64,000 bases of DNA. Source: Octopus sinensis. Taxonomy: Eukaryota. The stretch spans positions 17,992,464 through 18,056,463 of the forward strand of contig NC_043011.1 of assembly GCF_006345805.1 (NCBI RefSeq). The letters are read 5' to 3'. The position numbers and the translations under genes were made by a program. Below are positions 51,100 to 64,000 of the stretch, piece after piece (the first letter of the stretch is position 1; each line of letters begins with the position of its first letter). Under the pieces are notes generated by a model. That model saw nothing but the letters and a program-made list of their open reading frames with translations, was not told the origin of the DNA and ran no database searches.

Positions 51100-51312
51100 C
51101 CTGGCAGAACCGTTGGCACGCTGGGCGAAATGCTTAGCAGTATTTCTTCTGCCGTTATGTTCTGAGTTCAAATTCCGCCGAGGTCGACTTTGCCTTTCAT
51201 CCTTTCGGGGTCGATAAATTAAGTACCAGTTACGCACTGGAGTCTATGTAATTGACTTAATCCGTTTCTCTGTCCCCTCTATGTTTAGCCCCTTGTGGGC
51301 AATAAAGAAATA
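51100..51312 (+). mobile_element. SINE (family of 22190/44643)
   Basis: ctggcagaaccgttggcacgctgggcgaaatgcttagc...gaggtcgactttgcctttcatcctttcggggtcgataaattaagtaccag. Confidence 0.88.
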
Positions 51313-51319
51313 TATCTCA

Positions 51320-51712
51320 ACTATATGGATGACCTCATGTTGCATGCTGCAAATAATAAACAACTGGGAACTCTACTACAGAGGATTGATGGGTTTATAA
51401 AATAAGTCAATATGAACTTCGGTTTAGAAAGATGTGTCAAAGGAAGCTAGAGGAATGGAAAATGAATTAAAAGAAGCACTATCGTATCAGATGTAGAAAC
51501 TAGATCAATGCAACTAGATCAATGCAACTAGATCAAAGACAGGTATACAGAAATTTTAAAATTCATGAGCTAGGTAGGATACTACGCAGAATATAAATAA
51601 GAGATATGAAAGATATGTTACAGCAAAAACATTAAGACATGAAACAGAGCTAAGTGCAAAAAGTGATAAATACCAGTATTCTAGCTATCCTAGTTTTAAT
51701 TTTAAATTATAA
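51320..51712 (+). pseudogene. Old fragment of a Dong/R4 RT
   Basis: tatatggatgacctc (YMDDL) onward aligns with ~28795-29160, with stops and indels. Confidence 0.75.
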
Positions 51713-51758
51713 AATTATTAAAAAGTGATAACTTAAGCGTATACCATACTTGAAAAAC

Positions 51759-52198
51759 TGATCTTTTCGGTTTGAACGGCAGTTTTTAACACAGTTTCTA
51801 GGTATATAAAAAAAATTAAACTTCGTATACTGGTAGAATGTGTTTATAAAGCATCTTTTTCTCTTGGCTTTATTGAGAAAATTCTATAGTTTGTAAGGCA
51901 TTTCTTGTTTTTTTTCTTCAATTTCTGCAATTTCAGTCAATCAATGACCGTCTATTGAGGTGAAACATACTGTGCCGTATGAGTATGTCCCTCGTTTAAG
52001 AAACAGATTGGGTTTATTTACATTTCTTAAGAAAAAAAATGATACCCTTCCCCCCACCCCTAACCCTAACCCTAACCATAACTAACCCTAACCCTAGAAC
52101 AGATTAAAATGCAATAGATCGATACTAGGGTCATAATTACGGTTGAAAATTTCATATGACACCGCTAGAAAGAACTGCCGTTCAAACCGAAAAGATCC
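51759..52198 (-). mobile_element. Merlin-like MITE, second copy, opposite orientation
   Basis: Same TIRs as 34012; TSD TGAAAAAC / TGAAAAAT (7/8); internal (CCCTAA)n. Confidence 0.85.
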
Positions 52199-52759
52199 TG
52201 AAAAATATATACCGTTGTCTCAAATGATGATGTGATTTTGTTGGCAATAATTCCTCTTCATTTAAATAGTTTTTGTAAAGCACAATGGAAAAAATTACTA
52301 TTTTCTGTCTCCTAAATATCTGATTTTATAATTTTCGTGTTGTCGTCCTTAACCAGTATAGATCATTGACAACGCTCAACGAGGCCCGAACAAACATGCG
52401 TTCCTCACTGCTGCAGTGTTGTTCGTTTCGCCGCGATATACGTTGTATATGTAGCACATCATCTCCTGTTTACTTTCCTATCAATAGATGTTCTGTGAAA
52501 CAAAACCACATCATTTCTGTCGACGCAAAATGTACGTAATACATAATACATAGGAACCGGCTAATATGAACAGTATTTCTGTTCCGTATACCAAGGCTAT
52601 ATACACATACATACATCAATATCTATCCGCCCTGCCTCATTTGTCTATGTATAAACATGCATACACATATATATGCATATGGATATATATTTACACATAT
52701 GAGACTGAGTGTGTGAATGTGGTGTAGATTGTAGTGTTTGGTGAGTGTAATAGCATTAC

Positions 52760-52992
52760 TCAATCTTTTACTTGTTTCAGTCATTTGACTGTGGCCATGC
52801 AGGAGCACCGCCATTATTCGAGCAAATCGACCCCAGGACTTAGTCTTTGTAAGCCTAATATTTATTCTATCGGTCTCTTTAACCGAATCGTTAAGTGGCG
52901 GGGACGTAAACACAGCAGCATCGATCGTCAAGTGATGTTGGTGGGACAAACACAGACACACAAACATACGCACACATATACATATATATATA

Positions 52993-53034
<42 letters not shown>

Positions 53035-53192
53035 TATATATTCATATATACGACGAGATTTTTTCAGTTTCAGTCTACTAAATCCACTCGCAAGGATTTG
53101 GTCGGCCCGAGGCTATAGTAGAAGACACTTGCCCAAGGTGCCACGCAATGGGATTGAACCCGTAACCATGTGTTTGGTAAGCAAGCTACTTT
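52760..53192 (-). mobile_element. Composite SINE, head slightly truncated
   Basis: Matches the 33401 family in reverse; internal (TA)n. Confidence 0.85.
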
Positions 53193-53367
53193 ATTTCATT
53201 AAGATTTGCCATAAAGGCATTACACAGAGTAGCTTGCGGGATGGACATATACATTGATGAGGTGAATGATGAAACAAGGATGATATTGATGGGAGAGTGC
53301 AAGACACGCCGGCCGAGTTTCTGCTTCTCTAAAACATTGTTCTTTTTTTGTCGAACAAAATAAACAA

Positions 53368-53726
53368 AACGAGGTATTGAACTTCTCACGACAGTTTTTA
53401 CAATTATTGGATTTAATAGTCCATTACAAATAATAACATGCTATAACATACAATAAAATATTCAGTCCATTTACAAATGAGGCACTGAGCTTCTTACACT
53501 TATAATACTCAGGCTTTTCAACCTCCTGTCAAATTTTCCACCGCAACGAGGTATTGAACATCTCACTACAGTTCTTACAATTATTGGACTTAATAGTCAA
53601 CAATAAGCAATAATATACAATAAAATATTCAATATACAATCAACACTAGTCCATTTACAAATGAGACGCCGAGCCTCTTACACATTATAACACTGAGGCT
53701 TTTCAGCCTCTTGTCAATTTTCCACC
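53368..53726. repeat. Two diverged ~177-bp direct tandem repeats
   Basis: aacgaggtattgaac at 53368 and 53545; both end in ttttccacc. Confidence 0.88.
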
Positions 53727-55399
53727 TCATCGTCGCTTGTGTCCGTGTAAGTCACAATAGTCCATGCTTCATTTAAAATGAAGGCGGTCTCCGAGCTCGT
53801 GTCACCGGCCGAAGAGCGATATTCCTCTTCTAGTTGCTTCAGCTTTAGAAACACGTGCTATCTGCGTAGGCCATTCGGGATCTTGTGTGAATGCTAGAGG
53901 TATTCCCTCGTAGTGTTCTTTCACTACATTTTCCACCTCTCCGCCTCTATAAAAGAACACCAACAGTTCATCGTCATCCGGGTCCGAGGGGGGCAATTTT
54001 AGCGTTGGCGGCACGATTCACTTGCTTTAATTTTTGATACCTTAGATATATTCATATTTTCATCATAAATAAATATTTTCTTCTGTCTTCCTCGCAGTAG
54101 CGTAGCATGTCTACAATATTCTTCAACCAAATCTCAGATGTTTCCACTGAACGGGAACGTATGCCTCACGCACCCATGTTTAATGTAAAGTATGTGTAAG
54201 TAGACAATTCTTGATGTGTCAGATGAATTATGCAATCTTTCATATATCTATACGTATTTACCAAATATGAAAGATAAAATAGATGATCGTACCTGTATGC
54301 AGGTGATTTAATCTACAATAATTCATCATTGTGTAAAACCGATATCCAATATTTTTATTCCTCCGCACCGTGAATTTTGATTTTAGCTAGCTTAGATCTA
54401 GATGTGTATTAGTAAATATTTCTTCCCAAAAAACATTAGTGTTTGATGTGAAGCACGTTATATCGAAATACGTGATTAAGTAGACGCTTCTGTATTCTGT
54501 ATTCCAAGTATTCAACTCCAGGCAATACTTAGTACAACACTTATATCTTCTTTTGCTTTCCTTACGTCTCGAGAGATTTTGTTGTAATGTCTATGAGGTA
54601 AAATGATTTTGCACAGTTTTCCGCGTTGGACTATTCATATCCTAGAGTTTTATACAAATAAGGATTTACTAGGTCAGCAGTATTTGACGGAAGAGACTTA
54701 TGTTTTTCTGCAAACTTCTGAGCACGGAACGCTCCTCACGACTGCAGGTTCATGAGATGGTCGTGATCTGTTAACAGTTTTCTGTGGGAACTGGCAAGAG
54801 ATGTATGAACACTCAATGCGCATGTGTACACTGAATTCGTAAAACGGAAGAGAAGAATAAAAGCGCGTGTTAAACGAGTTATATGACGTGCAGTATGCCA
54901 AGCCTGTATTCAGTACCATGCAGTTTCGCTGCAAGTTCCTTGTGGAGGATGCCTACACAGATGCAGCTGTGAACGACATATGTCAAAATGACCGTCTTTG
55001 TTTAGTATCTATTAATAATAGAAAATTTAGTATTTTCAAATTGTATATCTTTATTGTAAATTTCACTAACAAAATATATCAATGTTTTTGTGATGGTACT
55101 ATGAAAAATGACAAAAATGTGTTTGTTCTTCATAGCGATTAAGACAATCATATGACTTCTTAATGTTGTACTTTTGAGAAATCATATATAAAAAGATATC
55201 AAAAATGGCAATTAAAATAGGAATTGTTTTATGAGATAGATAAGAACGTTACGACACAGGAGAATTTTACTTACAAAATAGAAAATAATAATTCGGCTTA
55301 TATGAAATTTTGTTTACAGCACATGTCCTAACATTAAACATAATTTCCTATTTCATTTCCTACTTTCATCCAATACGCAAAAGTGTATTCCCCCACCTT

Positions 55400-55710
55400 C
55401 TATTCAAACTTTTACCCTTAACTTTTAACATCAAAACAAGTATATGAGCATTAACATTAAAACTAAACCCCGAACACTAACAATAACAGTACATATTATA
55501 TACCCCAACAATAATCACTAAACCCTAGACTTTGAGCTAAGTCGTAATGAAGAAACTTTTAATTATAAAAACCTAAGGCTAACCCGAACACTAAACCCAT
55601 CCTGAAAGTAAAACCTTAACTGTTGATCCGAAACATAACACTTCGCTTTAATGTCAAATCCTAAATATAAGCTCCGACATTTTAATCCTAAACCTTAAAC
55701 CTATTTTCTG
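55400..55710. repeat. Highly degenerate CCCTAA-like array
   Basis: Recurring aaaccc, ccctag, aatcctaaacc, cttaaacc words. Confidence 0.4.
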
Positions 55711-56154
55711 GTTAGACACACTAAAATATATGGAAAACCGTTTAGGTGATACTTGCAGTCCGTGGGACATAGATTTCTAATCTGTTTAAATTAATTCATT
55801 CAGTGTCCATTTTACATGATAAGGGAGATTCTATTTCCAAATTTGCATACATATAATGCCTCATCTCGTTCTCCTTAATCTATTTTTCTTATAACATTGA
55901 ACAAGGTGTAGAGAATCGCTATATATAATCAAGGGAAACACATCCACAGAGAGATACATTCCTCATACATGTCATGTAATATCATGATATATAAGCTCAA
56001 GTCCCTGACCCCAAGATGGTGAAAATGTTTAAACACTATAGATATATTCTTTCATTTATCCCTGTAACAACTATATATTTATGACAACTCATATTACTTA
56101 AGATACCTTGAATGTTCTTGTGTGCAGTAGTGACGGTGATCGCGGGGCTGGTGA

Positions 56155-56176
56155 TAGCAGCAGCAGCAGTGGTAGC

Positions 56177-56210
<34 letters not shown>

Positions 56211-56236
56211 GCAGCAGCAGCAGCAGTAGTAGTAGC

Positions 56237-56301
<65 letters not shown>

Positions 56302-56303
56302 CG

Positions 56304-56334
<31 letters not shown>

Positions 56335-56335
56335 A
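56155..56335. repeat. (GTA/GCA/GTG)n trinucleotide tract
   Basis: Direct reading; explains ORFs 56036-56467. Confidence 0.95.
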
Positions 56336-57280
56336 AAGCACCGTGTATTAGGCATGCTTAATTTAGTTCTGTCGAAATCAAAATCTACCGAGCAGAAATG
56401 GTTTCTAGGCGTGTCCATCTTTTATTCGATTTCAGAAAAGTTTATTGAACAAAATTTTATCGCCTGATTCCGATTCCGTCATTTTAAGAAACGTGTGAGT
56501 GGGACAAGTATGATAAGTATGTGTGATGTATGAGATTTGCCAGATATTTCAAGCAGATCAATAAAATTTCTATTGTCTTCGTAAGCATATAAGTGTTAGT
56601 GTATTTATGTGCAACTCTTTGTGTGCAAGAGGTTATCTCAAATATTTACCGTATGAACTACATAAACATATATAAGATTGTGCTACTTCACTATAGCAGT
56701 TCATTATGTAAGAAAATATGCCTTCATGACTTTCGACAGCAAAGTTATACGAGTTGTCAGACGGTTATTATTCGATAACAATGAGTTTCAGCTCTTACGA
56801 ATGAGAGTGTGGGTTGGATAGAGTATTGCTGTTCACTTTCCCTGTGCATGGACAATGACAAGATGGAAAATAGTAATTGAAAAGTTAAGAGTAAATGAAG
56901 AAAATACATAAGTATGTAATTATTATTTTCTATTTTTGTTACGAAAGTATAATCAGTTTTGTTTTGATTTATATATATTTATATTTTTACGTACAGCTCA
57001 AGGAATAATTTTTTGTTTAAGGAAAAATATAATAATGAATCCATGGTGCGCTTTTGCGGTATCAATTTCAAATAAACATCATTGAACTTCAGGCTGTCAT
57101 AAATCTAACATAGCACTCAGTTTAGTAAACATTTACCAAAACACACTACTTCGAACTTTCAGTCTTAAATAGACATACCACAAAGCTTCGAATTCTAGCA
57201 GGTTCATTAAATATTTATCGACGATATTATGATACTCAGGACATAAAACCGGAAGAAATAACGTCAAACATTCTGCCCTG

Positions 57281-57488
57281 CGTGTAGAAATGTTCGCACG
57301 CCGGGACGAATGCTTAGCAACATTTCTACAGGCTTTACGTTCTGAATTCAAATGCTTCCGAGATCGACTTTGTTTTTTATCATTTCGGGGTTGATAAAAT
57401 AAGTACCAGTTGAGTGTAGGAGTTGATGTAATCGTCTTAACTCTTCTCCCACCGGATTTGCTGGTCATTGGTCAAAATTTGAAACCAA
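57281..57488 (+). mobile_element. SINE (family of 22190/44643), diverged
   Basis: gcacgccgggacgaatgcttagc...tttcggggttgataaaataagtaccag. Confidence 0.75.
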
Positions 57489-58131
57489 TATCAAGCTATA
57501 ATTCGTATTAAACGTATTAGTATAGCTAGGTAATTTTAAAAGCGATTTCATTAATATATTGTGTGTTCTTGCATACGTGTATATGTGTACGTTGAATAAA
57601 AGAAAAGAAGTTTTTCCATTTTTAATATAGGTAATTTTTTTTTAGTTCCGTTATCCTATATCTTCATTTAATATCGTTTTCAGCACTAATTATTTTCTGA
57701 TAGACTGGTTTCTGTTGATATAAAATGGTATTTTGTTTAAGTAAGATAAACATGACCAACAGCGGCAAAACATTCAGTTTTAGGCGGTAACCTATTAATT
57801 ACTTACGTATGCTCAAACTTCTATAGGCTCGAAGAAACAAGAGCTAATGTCGCTCCTTGCAAGAATTAGAAGTGTGGAGTTGAAGTAATACTCAAAAGAG
57901 ATTATAAATCTTTGAAAATCCTTAAGCATTCCACAATTTCAGGGACGTTATAATACATCGTTGACAAAAATTATGAAAGTTGACAGTCCTCAAATAAATA
58001 ATGTAATCTTTCCTAGGATGAATTTTATGTATATAATACTTCTGTCATGCGTAAATAGAAGCACACACACATAGACACACACACACATACATACGCACAC
58101 ACAAACACACACACACATACACACATCTATA

Positions 58132-59317
58132 CACGGGCATTGGACAAAATAATGAAAGCACCTAGCATCATAGCATCAAAATTTTGAAATATCTATAAAA
58201 CCGTCTAAAAGATGTTAATTTTTATGTTTTTAGAATTATTGTTAGTGTTGCTTAATATCTTTTGGAAAATTGTTTTTCCTTTCAGATATCATCAGAAAAA
58301 GGTAATTAGAATTCATTGAAATGACACATCTTTCGGTCTTTGAAAGAGGTAAAATAGTTTGTACTTTTATGGCAGGCGCTAGCGTAAAGAAAACAGTCGA
58401 AATGTGTGCTGTATGAAGAAGTACTGTCTCGAAAGTAATGACAGCATTTAAGAAAGAGGGAAAAACCTCCTCGTTGTAATAGAACTCCGGAAGAAAACCA
58501 AAACTTTCAGAGAGGGACGGTCGGACCCTTGCACGAATTGTGAGAATGGATCCCCAAAGTACAGTTGCCAAAATTACTGCAGTTGTACAAATTACACAGT
58601 TATACAAAGCCGGATTTCATGGGAGTGCTGTAATCAGAAAACCACTACTTTTAAAAACAAACGTTGCAAAGCGTTTAGAGTGGAGTAAAATTGGTCCCTA
58701 GAACAGCGGAAGAATGTTATTATCTCGGGCGAGTCATCCTTTACCTTATTTCCAACCAACGGTCGAGTATAAGGGTGTAGAAAGTGAAAAGAAGCATTTG
58801 ACCCAGCCTGCCTTCTTCCAACTGCTAAACATGTAGGAGGAATATGATGATCTGGCGTGTGGGCCATACCTTGGACTTCTGCTGGTCCAATGGTTTACCT
58901 TTATGGTAGAATTAATAGTCAATACTATTTAAGCATTTTCTCTGATGAAATACATTCTATGGTTGCGGAACTGCTTCCAGAGGGAGACGCAATCTTTCAG
59001 GATGATAATGTACCAATTCACACAGCTAAGATTGTTGCTTAATGGCATGAGGAACATTCTAGGGAAGTTGAACAACTTATCTGGCCACTACAGTCCCCAG
59101 AACTGAATATTATTCAACATTTATGGGTCAATTTAGAAAAACAAATAAGGAGTCGATATCGTCCATCTCTAGCAGAACTCGAGACTGTTTTAGCTGAAGA
59201 ATGGACAAAAATTCCTTTGGAAACAATTCAAGCTGTAATTACTGGAAATGGCGGACTTTCTGCATATTAAATTTGTTTCAAATTTTACGATGTTTCCATT
59301 AATTTCTCCAAGCCCTG
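58132..59317 (+). mobile_element. Tc1-family transposon, both TIRs present, decayed DD34E-type transposase
   Basis: ATG at 58321 (MTHLSVFERGKIV..); FQDDNVPIH; WPLQSPELNIIQHLW; TIRs ..ttggacaaaataatgaaagcacc / tgtttccattaatttctccaagccctg. Confidence 0.9.
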
Positions 59318-59341
59318 TCATTATTACACACACACACACAC

Positions 59342-59376
<35 letters not shown>

Positions 59377-59599
59377 GTGAGAGGGAGACCATATAAACAG
59401 AATTATTATACATAAAGATGAACAAATCTTAGAATAAAAGTAAAAACGTTTCCGATATACATAATTATTGTGTTACGGTTTGCAATATTTTTGTAACTAA
59501 CTGATTTTCTTTATTTGTCAAGTTACAAAATCAGTCTTTAGAGTAGCGGTTATCGTTGTGAACCGTGTGAAACCACCATCCTTCCATTTCTTTGATCCC

Positions 59600-59990
59600 A
59601 CGCTCAAACCAGTTCTTCTCCTTCTAGGCGAAGAATTTCTTCACTGAAGCTTTCACTTCCTCTAGGTTGATGAATAATTGCGAGCGGGGAAGACGTGGAT
59701 GAGAATAAGTAATAATCCAAGGGAACAAGATTCAGTCTATATGATTGGTGTGACATCGGTTCAATTCCCTCAAGTTCTTGTAGTTTATTCACGGTCGTTC
59801 GAGTTGTATGAGGATTCTGTTATCCAATACCATAGGTTTTTGGCGCACATTAGCATACATTCTCTCCAGCTGTCTGGCTACTGTTTGGCATCGATGCTTC
59901 GACCGTCCTGAACGAATGTGTTGTGAATTATTGTGTCATAATTCTACTAGACGCAGAACATAGTCTTATGTTTGAAACGCCCATTCTGGC
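59600..59990 (-). pseudogene. mariner transposase C-terminal remnant
   Basis: ..HTTRTTVNKLQELEGIEPMSHQSYRLNLVPLDYYLF resembles L.ELGWEVLPHPPYSPDLAPSDY.LF. Confidence 0.7.
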
Positions 59991-62900
59991 GACAGATTCC
60001 TAAAGCTGGTTCTTAATTAACCACTGCTTATGAGCGTTATGATTACAGCAATATATCTCCAATACGTTTGACTTCAGACAATATAAGTGAAATGACCTTG
60101 TGCATGAATAAGCTTTATGCATTTGTGAAGAGGTGTATTCTTCTCTTTGCGGCTTAGAGTGAAGATTGCAGACATTTGCAGAGATCTCTGTTGCATAAAT
60201 ATCTTAAATATGATAAAATTGAAGAGACGGTAGTTTCGAACACTAAAAGAATTCAGTTAGTGATATAAGAGAATTACACAAACCGCATATAATTTCAAAT
60301 CAATAAACGGGATAAATTACAGAATACAAGCATAAAGATGTATTAAATGTAATATCATAGATGCTTTACATTAGCAATAAATAGATGTGTATACTTTAAG
60401 TGTCCGAATAATTAATTATTGCTAATATGTTTTCCACTCGTCAGGTCAAAACTTATACAATAAAAGGAAAAAAATCAATGATCGAAATAACCAATTCTAC
60501 TAGAATATATTACAAGGACTTTATATTTACCACTAGCACGTGTGTGTAGGACATTTATATACCTTGAAAGTAATGTAAATTATCAAAACATTAACTATAA
60601 CCTATATCTAGAACGAAAACGTGAAGAAAATGTATACAAAATCTCAGAGCAAACAATACACAACTAATATACTTTTGTTGTTTCTACGGAGGTAAAAATT
60701 ATAAATAAGTATTGAAATGAGACATTTTAAGTGAAGCATTTTCCATTTTTATATGGAATGTTTTTCGCAATTCAGTTATTCTTTGTAAAATATATCTTCC
60801 ATCACTGTCAGCAGTCCATGCCTGGATTCACTCAGGAAAAAACGTATGTTTTGTGAAGAAGCATAGGTACGTTATTTCTGATTGTGGAAGGAGTGACATT
60901 GCACATGTTTGGTGCCGCAATCATTAACGACTCTATTGGAGAAAAATGTTTCTTATCTAGAATTTTCCTCTTGAAGAAACAAGTAGCAACAGACAATGTA
61001 TTTTGGTTTGTTTTGAATCCGAAGACATACGCGTGTGCGCGCACTTGTTCATAGTGATAAAAAGGTCCCATCTTATCAGTTAGAGTTAGAAAAGGCTGCG
61101 TTTCTCTGTTCATTTACGTTATATTTTGCGGTGCAGGGAAATAAGAATTTTGTTTAGCAATAATACATAAACTTTCATGTTTTCGTTCAGAGCTTGGAGG
61201 AGAGCATACAATATGTATGCTGTTATGTTCGGGAGAAATTTCTATTGCATCGAGTAAAATAACGAAGAGGAACTCTTAGATCATATCCACTTTATTAAAA
61301 ATGAAGGATGACGACGACGACGACTACGACGATGAGGATTATGACGATGAAGGGGAGGGGAGGAGGAGTATCATGATGGAAACGACGATGATGATGATTA
61401 TAATGATGATTATATTAAATATAATATCTTCTAACCTGGAACAAGGAAAGAAATTTTGAAGTAATTGTTTGTTTATTGAAACTTGATTGGACAATTTAGT
61501 TATCTCTTTATTTCCTTGACCTAATAAGGTAGGTCGACTATTGAAGCAACTATACGATACACAATGTGACTGGCAATCAAAAACTGTACGTTACACGAAC
61601 TGCGTTCAATAGACTATTGATCGTGATGTACGAAATTAGAAAAGAGTTATTAATTTTAAAACAGTCTTTCTAACTCATGCCATCTTCTACGTGTTCTGAT
61701 ATATTACGATCATGAAATATTCAAAGTAAAATCAAACACATTCGCAGCCAGACCATTTTGAAAACAAATTCCTTTGAAGATCTAACATCTAGATGCTTAA
61801 CATAAAAGATTGACAACACTATAAGTGGCATAAGTGTCAAGTAGAGTGAACAAAGATAATTACTTACTTCTACGTGGCAAACACATTGCAATAATATCCT
61901 AACTTCTAACAATTTGATGAACAAATCACGCCTGAATGGAACTACAAAGTCTGAATATCTGCGATACGAGAAAAGGCTATCACTGATATATATGTCTAAA
62001 CGTTAAATATTTGTTACAAACATATCTACTACAGGAACACTGACAGAGAACAGAGTAGTAATTATACAAATCTATTTTATATGCATTTATAGTAGCATTT
62101 AACATAAATTATGTTACTCTCACAAAAACATCGAAGGTCAAATAGTTTACTTTGGTCTGCAAATTTCTGCAGAATCGAGCTGAAATTTTGAGCATTACGA
62201 ATAACTTTAATTCTGAACGGAAATTTTTCTCCTAGAAATGAAAGAAGGCAGACTATTATGCATCGGCTTTCATTTTTGTTCATCTTAAGTTATTGCATAA
62301 GCCAGCAATAATACTGCTGGGATACACTATGAAAATTTAAGAGTTGAAATGACAGAATGCATAAAAAAGTCTTTGTGAATTTGTAAACAACAGTTGGTTT
62401 GGAATGTAACACCCAACATCTCAATAACACCAAAATGATCGAAACCTGCATGTCTGATATGCGCACAGATAGAATAAAATATTCTACACGCAATCATTCA
62501 AATTTCGTGTTTGAAGAGTTGTGATGGTGTGTTGAACAGCGGCTGTCATGTGGACAATGGATCCAGGAATCCGCTACATTTTGTGAAGATTGTCGTACTG
62601 TCTTCATTTGAATGGGAAAACACAGTTCGTCATTATTTGCTTAGCTACCTGGGGGAGAAATGTTGTGTTATATGGGGGGATTGTGAATATTTTGAATTTT
62701 AACGTCAAAACTAAAATACATGTTGAGGTACATTAATAGACGAGTGAAAATGGTGAATACAATCCGAATGAATGCGCTTATAGATTGGAGAAGGTCCCTT
62801 GAGGAAGAACATATGTCTTAGCGAAAAGACTCGACATTTATTAGTATCGCTATTGAATAGATTATTTAATAGTAGCTCCTGTTGGGGAAATGTGTTCACA

Positions 62901-63216
62901 GTTTTTTGTGTGAGATTTATGTTACTTTCTATTTTTAGTTTCTTTTCATTTGCTCTCACTCTGAGTGGATATGTTTTGCGCCGAACGACAGATTTTTGAA
63001 AACTGACACATGTAATTTGGTGAAACTTCACTTAGAAAGGAAGGTGCTGGTCAAAGTAAAGTGACCTGTCCGTTCTAATATATAGAAAAGGTGGGTGAAT
63101 TACGCAAAAATACTTAGTATGGATGGAACTATTCTATGCATGCAGGAATGGGCTAGAAGACAAAAGTTGGATTATGTGTTATGCCACTGAGGACCATGGA
63201 AATCGTACATCTATTG

Positions 63217-63282
63217 GGTTCCTTAAGTGGCTCTAGTTGGTTCCTTAAGTGGCTCTAGTTGGTTCCTTAAGTGGCTCTAGTT
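63217..63282. repeat. Three perfect 22-bp tandem repeats
   Basis: ggttccttaagtggctctagtt x3. Confidence 0.97.
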
Positions 63283-64000
63283 GGAGACTCTTCTGTAACA
63301 GAAATATTTATCACTTATATTTTTACATATTTTATATATTATTGTACTCTGCATCACATCCTCCTCCCCTCTCATTTCTTTGCCTCACCTTTTTTAATAT
63401 AAAATGCTCACAATTTGCAGGATAACTTAAGCACTTTGGTTGATCTAATCGATTTAGTATCCCTTTCCCCAAATTTGCTTATCTTGTACCAAAATTTGAA
63501 ATTATTACTTAAAGTTAATTTAAGGAATTCTTTGATAAGTGAATCTGATCATTCTCATATCATTTTGATTATGTGGGATACGTTCTCGTTGTTTTAGAAA
63601 TAACAAGCGTAAGATTGTCTAAATCTTCATGTATATTGTAGAATGCCTACATTAGCATTGAAAGATTATTTCAAAAGAATCACTGCTGAGAGGAATTGCA
63701 TATTAGAACAGTAACTTGGAATATTACCCAAAAGCTATTCATTGCATAAAAGACGCAACTGTGTTAGGGGCATTCTCAAAGTAGTAGCAATGGCAGGATA
63801 ATTTACTAAAATTATCCTCTTAGAGATACAAAGCAATTTTCTAAATTGCTAATTCGTATCAAACAAAAAGATAAACCTGAATTTCTAAATAGAATCAATA
63901 ATCAGAAATAAAAGTACAATCTGTTTTGTAGGTATAGAATTAAAATGTTGAATGTTTGTGCGTTTTTGTATTTCCTTATTAAAACAAGCTAAATTTAGAC

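Noticed and set aside
52055-52095. (CCCTAA)n as a true telomere remnant
   Set aside because: It lies inside a TIR/TSD-bounded MITE and recurs at the equivalent position in the other copy.
54690-55142. ORFs 54698-54934 and 54867-55142
   Set aside because: No recognisable domain; they run into AT-rich sequence; insufficient support for a call.

Overview
AT-rich, microsatellite-dense animal genomic DNA. The SINE and repeat content looks like Octopus (coleoid cephalopod); that assignment is from recollection, not a search. No host protein-coding gene could be identified, so the window is probably intergenic or deep intronic, and most listed ORFs are translations of microsatellites. Main content: (1) a young, almost intact Penelope-like retroelement (Neptune-type, RT + GIY-YIG) at 1-4846 (-), with two pseudo-LTRs that each carry a type I hammerhead ribozyme; (2) a near full-length but disrupted R4/Dong-type non-LTR retrotransposon at 26.5-30.4 kb inside a (TAA)n nest, next to two tandem copies of a ~0.55 kb non-coding (TAA)n-associated element; (3) DNA transposon remnants (two Tc1 copies, a mariner fragment, a Chapaev3-like element, two Merlin-like MITEs with 8-bp TSDs, Helitron-like pieces); (4) about 18 SINE copies from several families. 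The most notable pattern is a set of short non-coding elements next to (TA)n tracts that carry minimal hammerhead-ribozyme motifs from at least four sequence families. Two of them are near-perfect foldback palindromes whose axis lies just 5' of the ribozyme GAAA core, and one of these is clearly homologous to the Neptune pseudo-LTR. All alignments and folds were done by eye.
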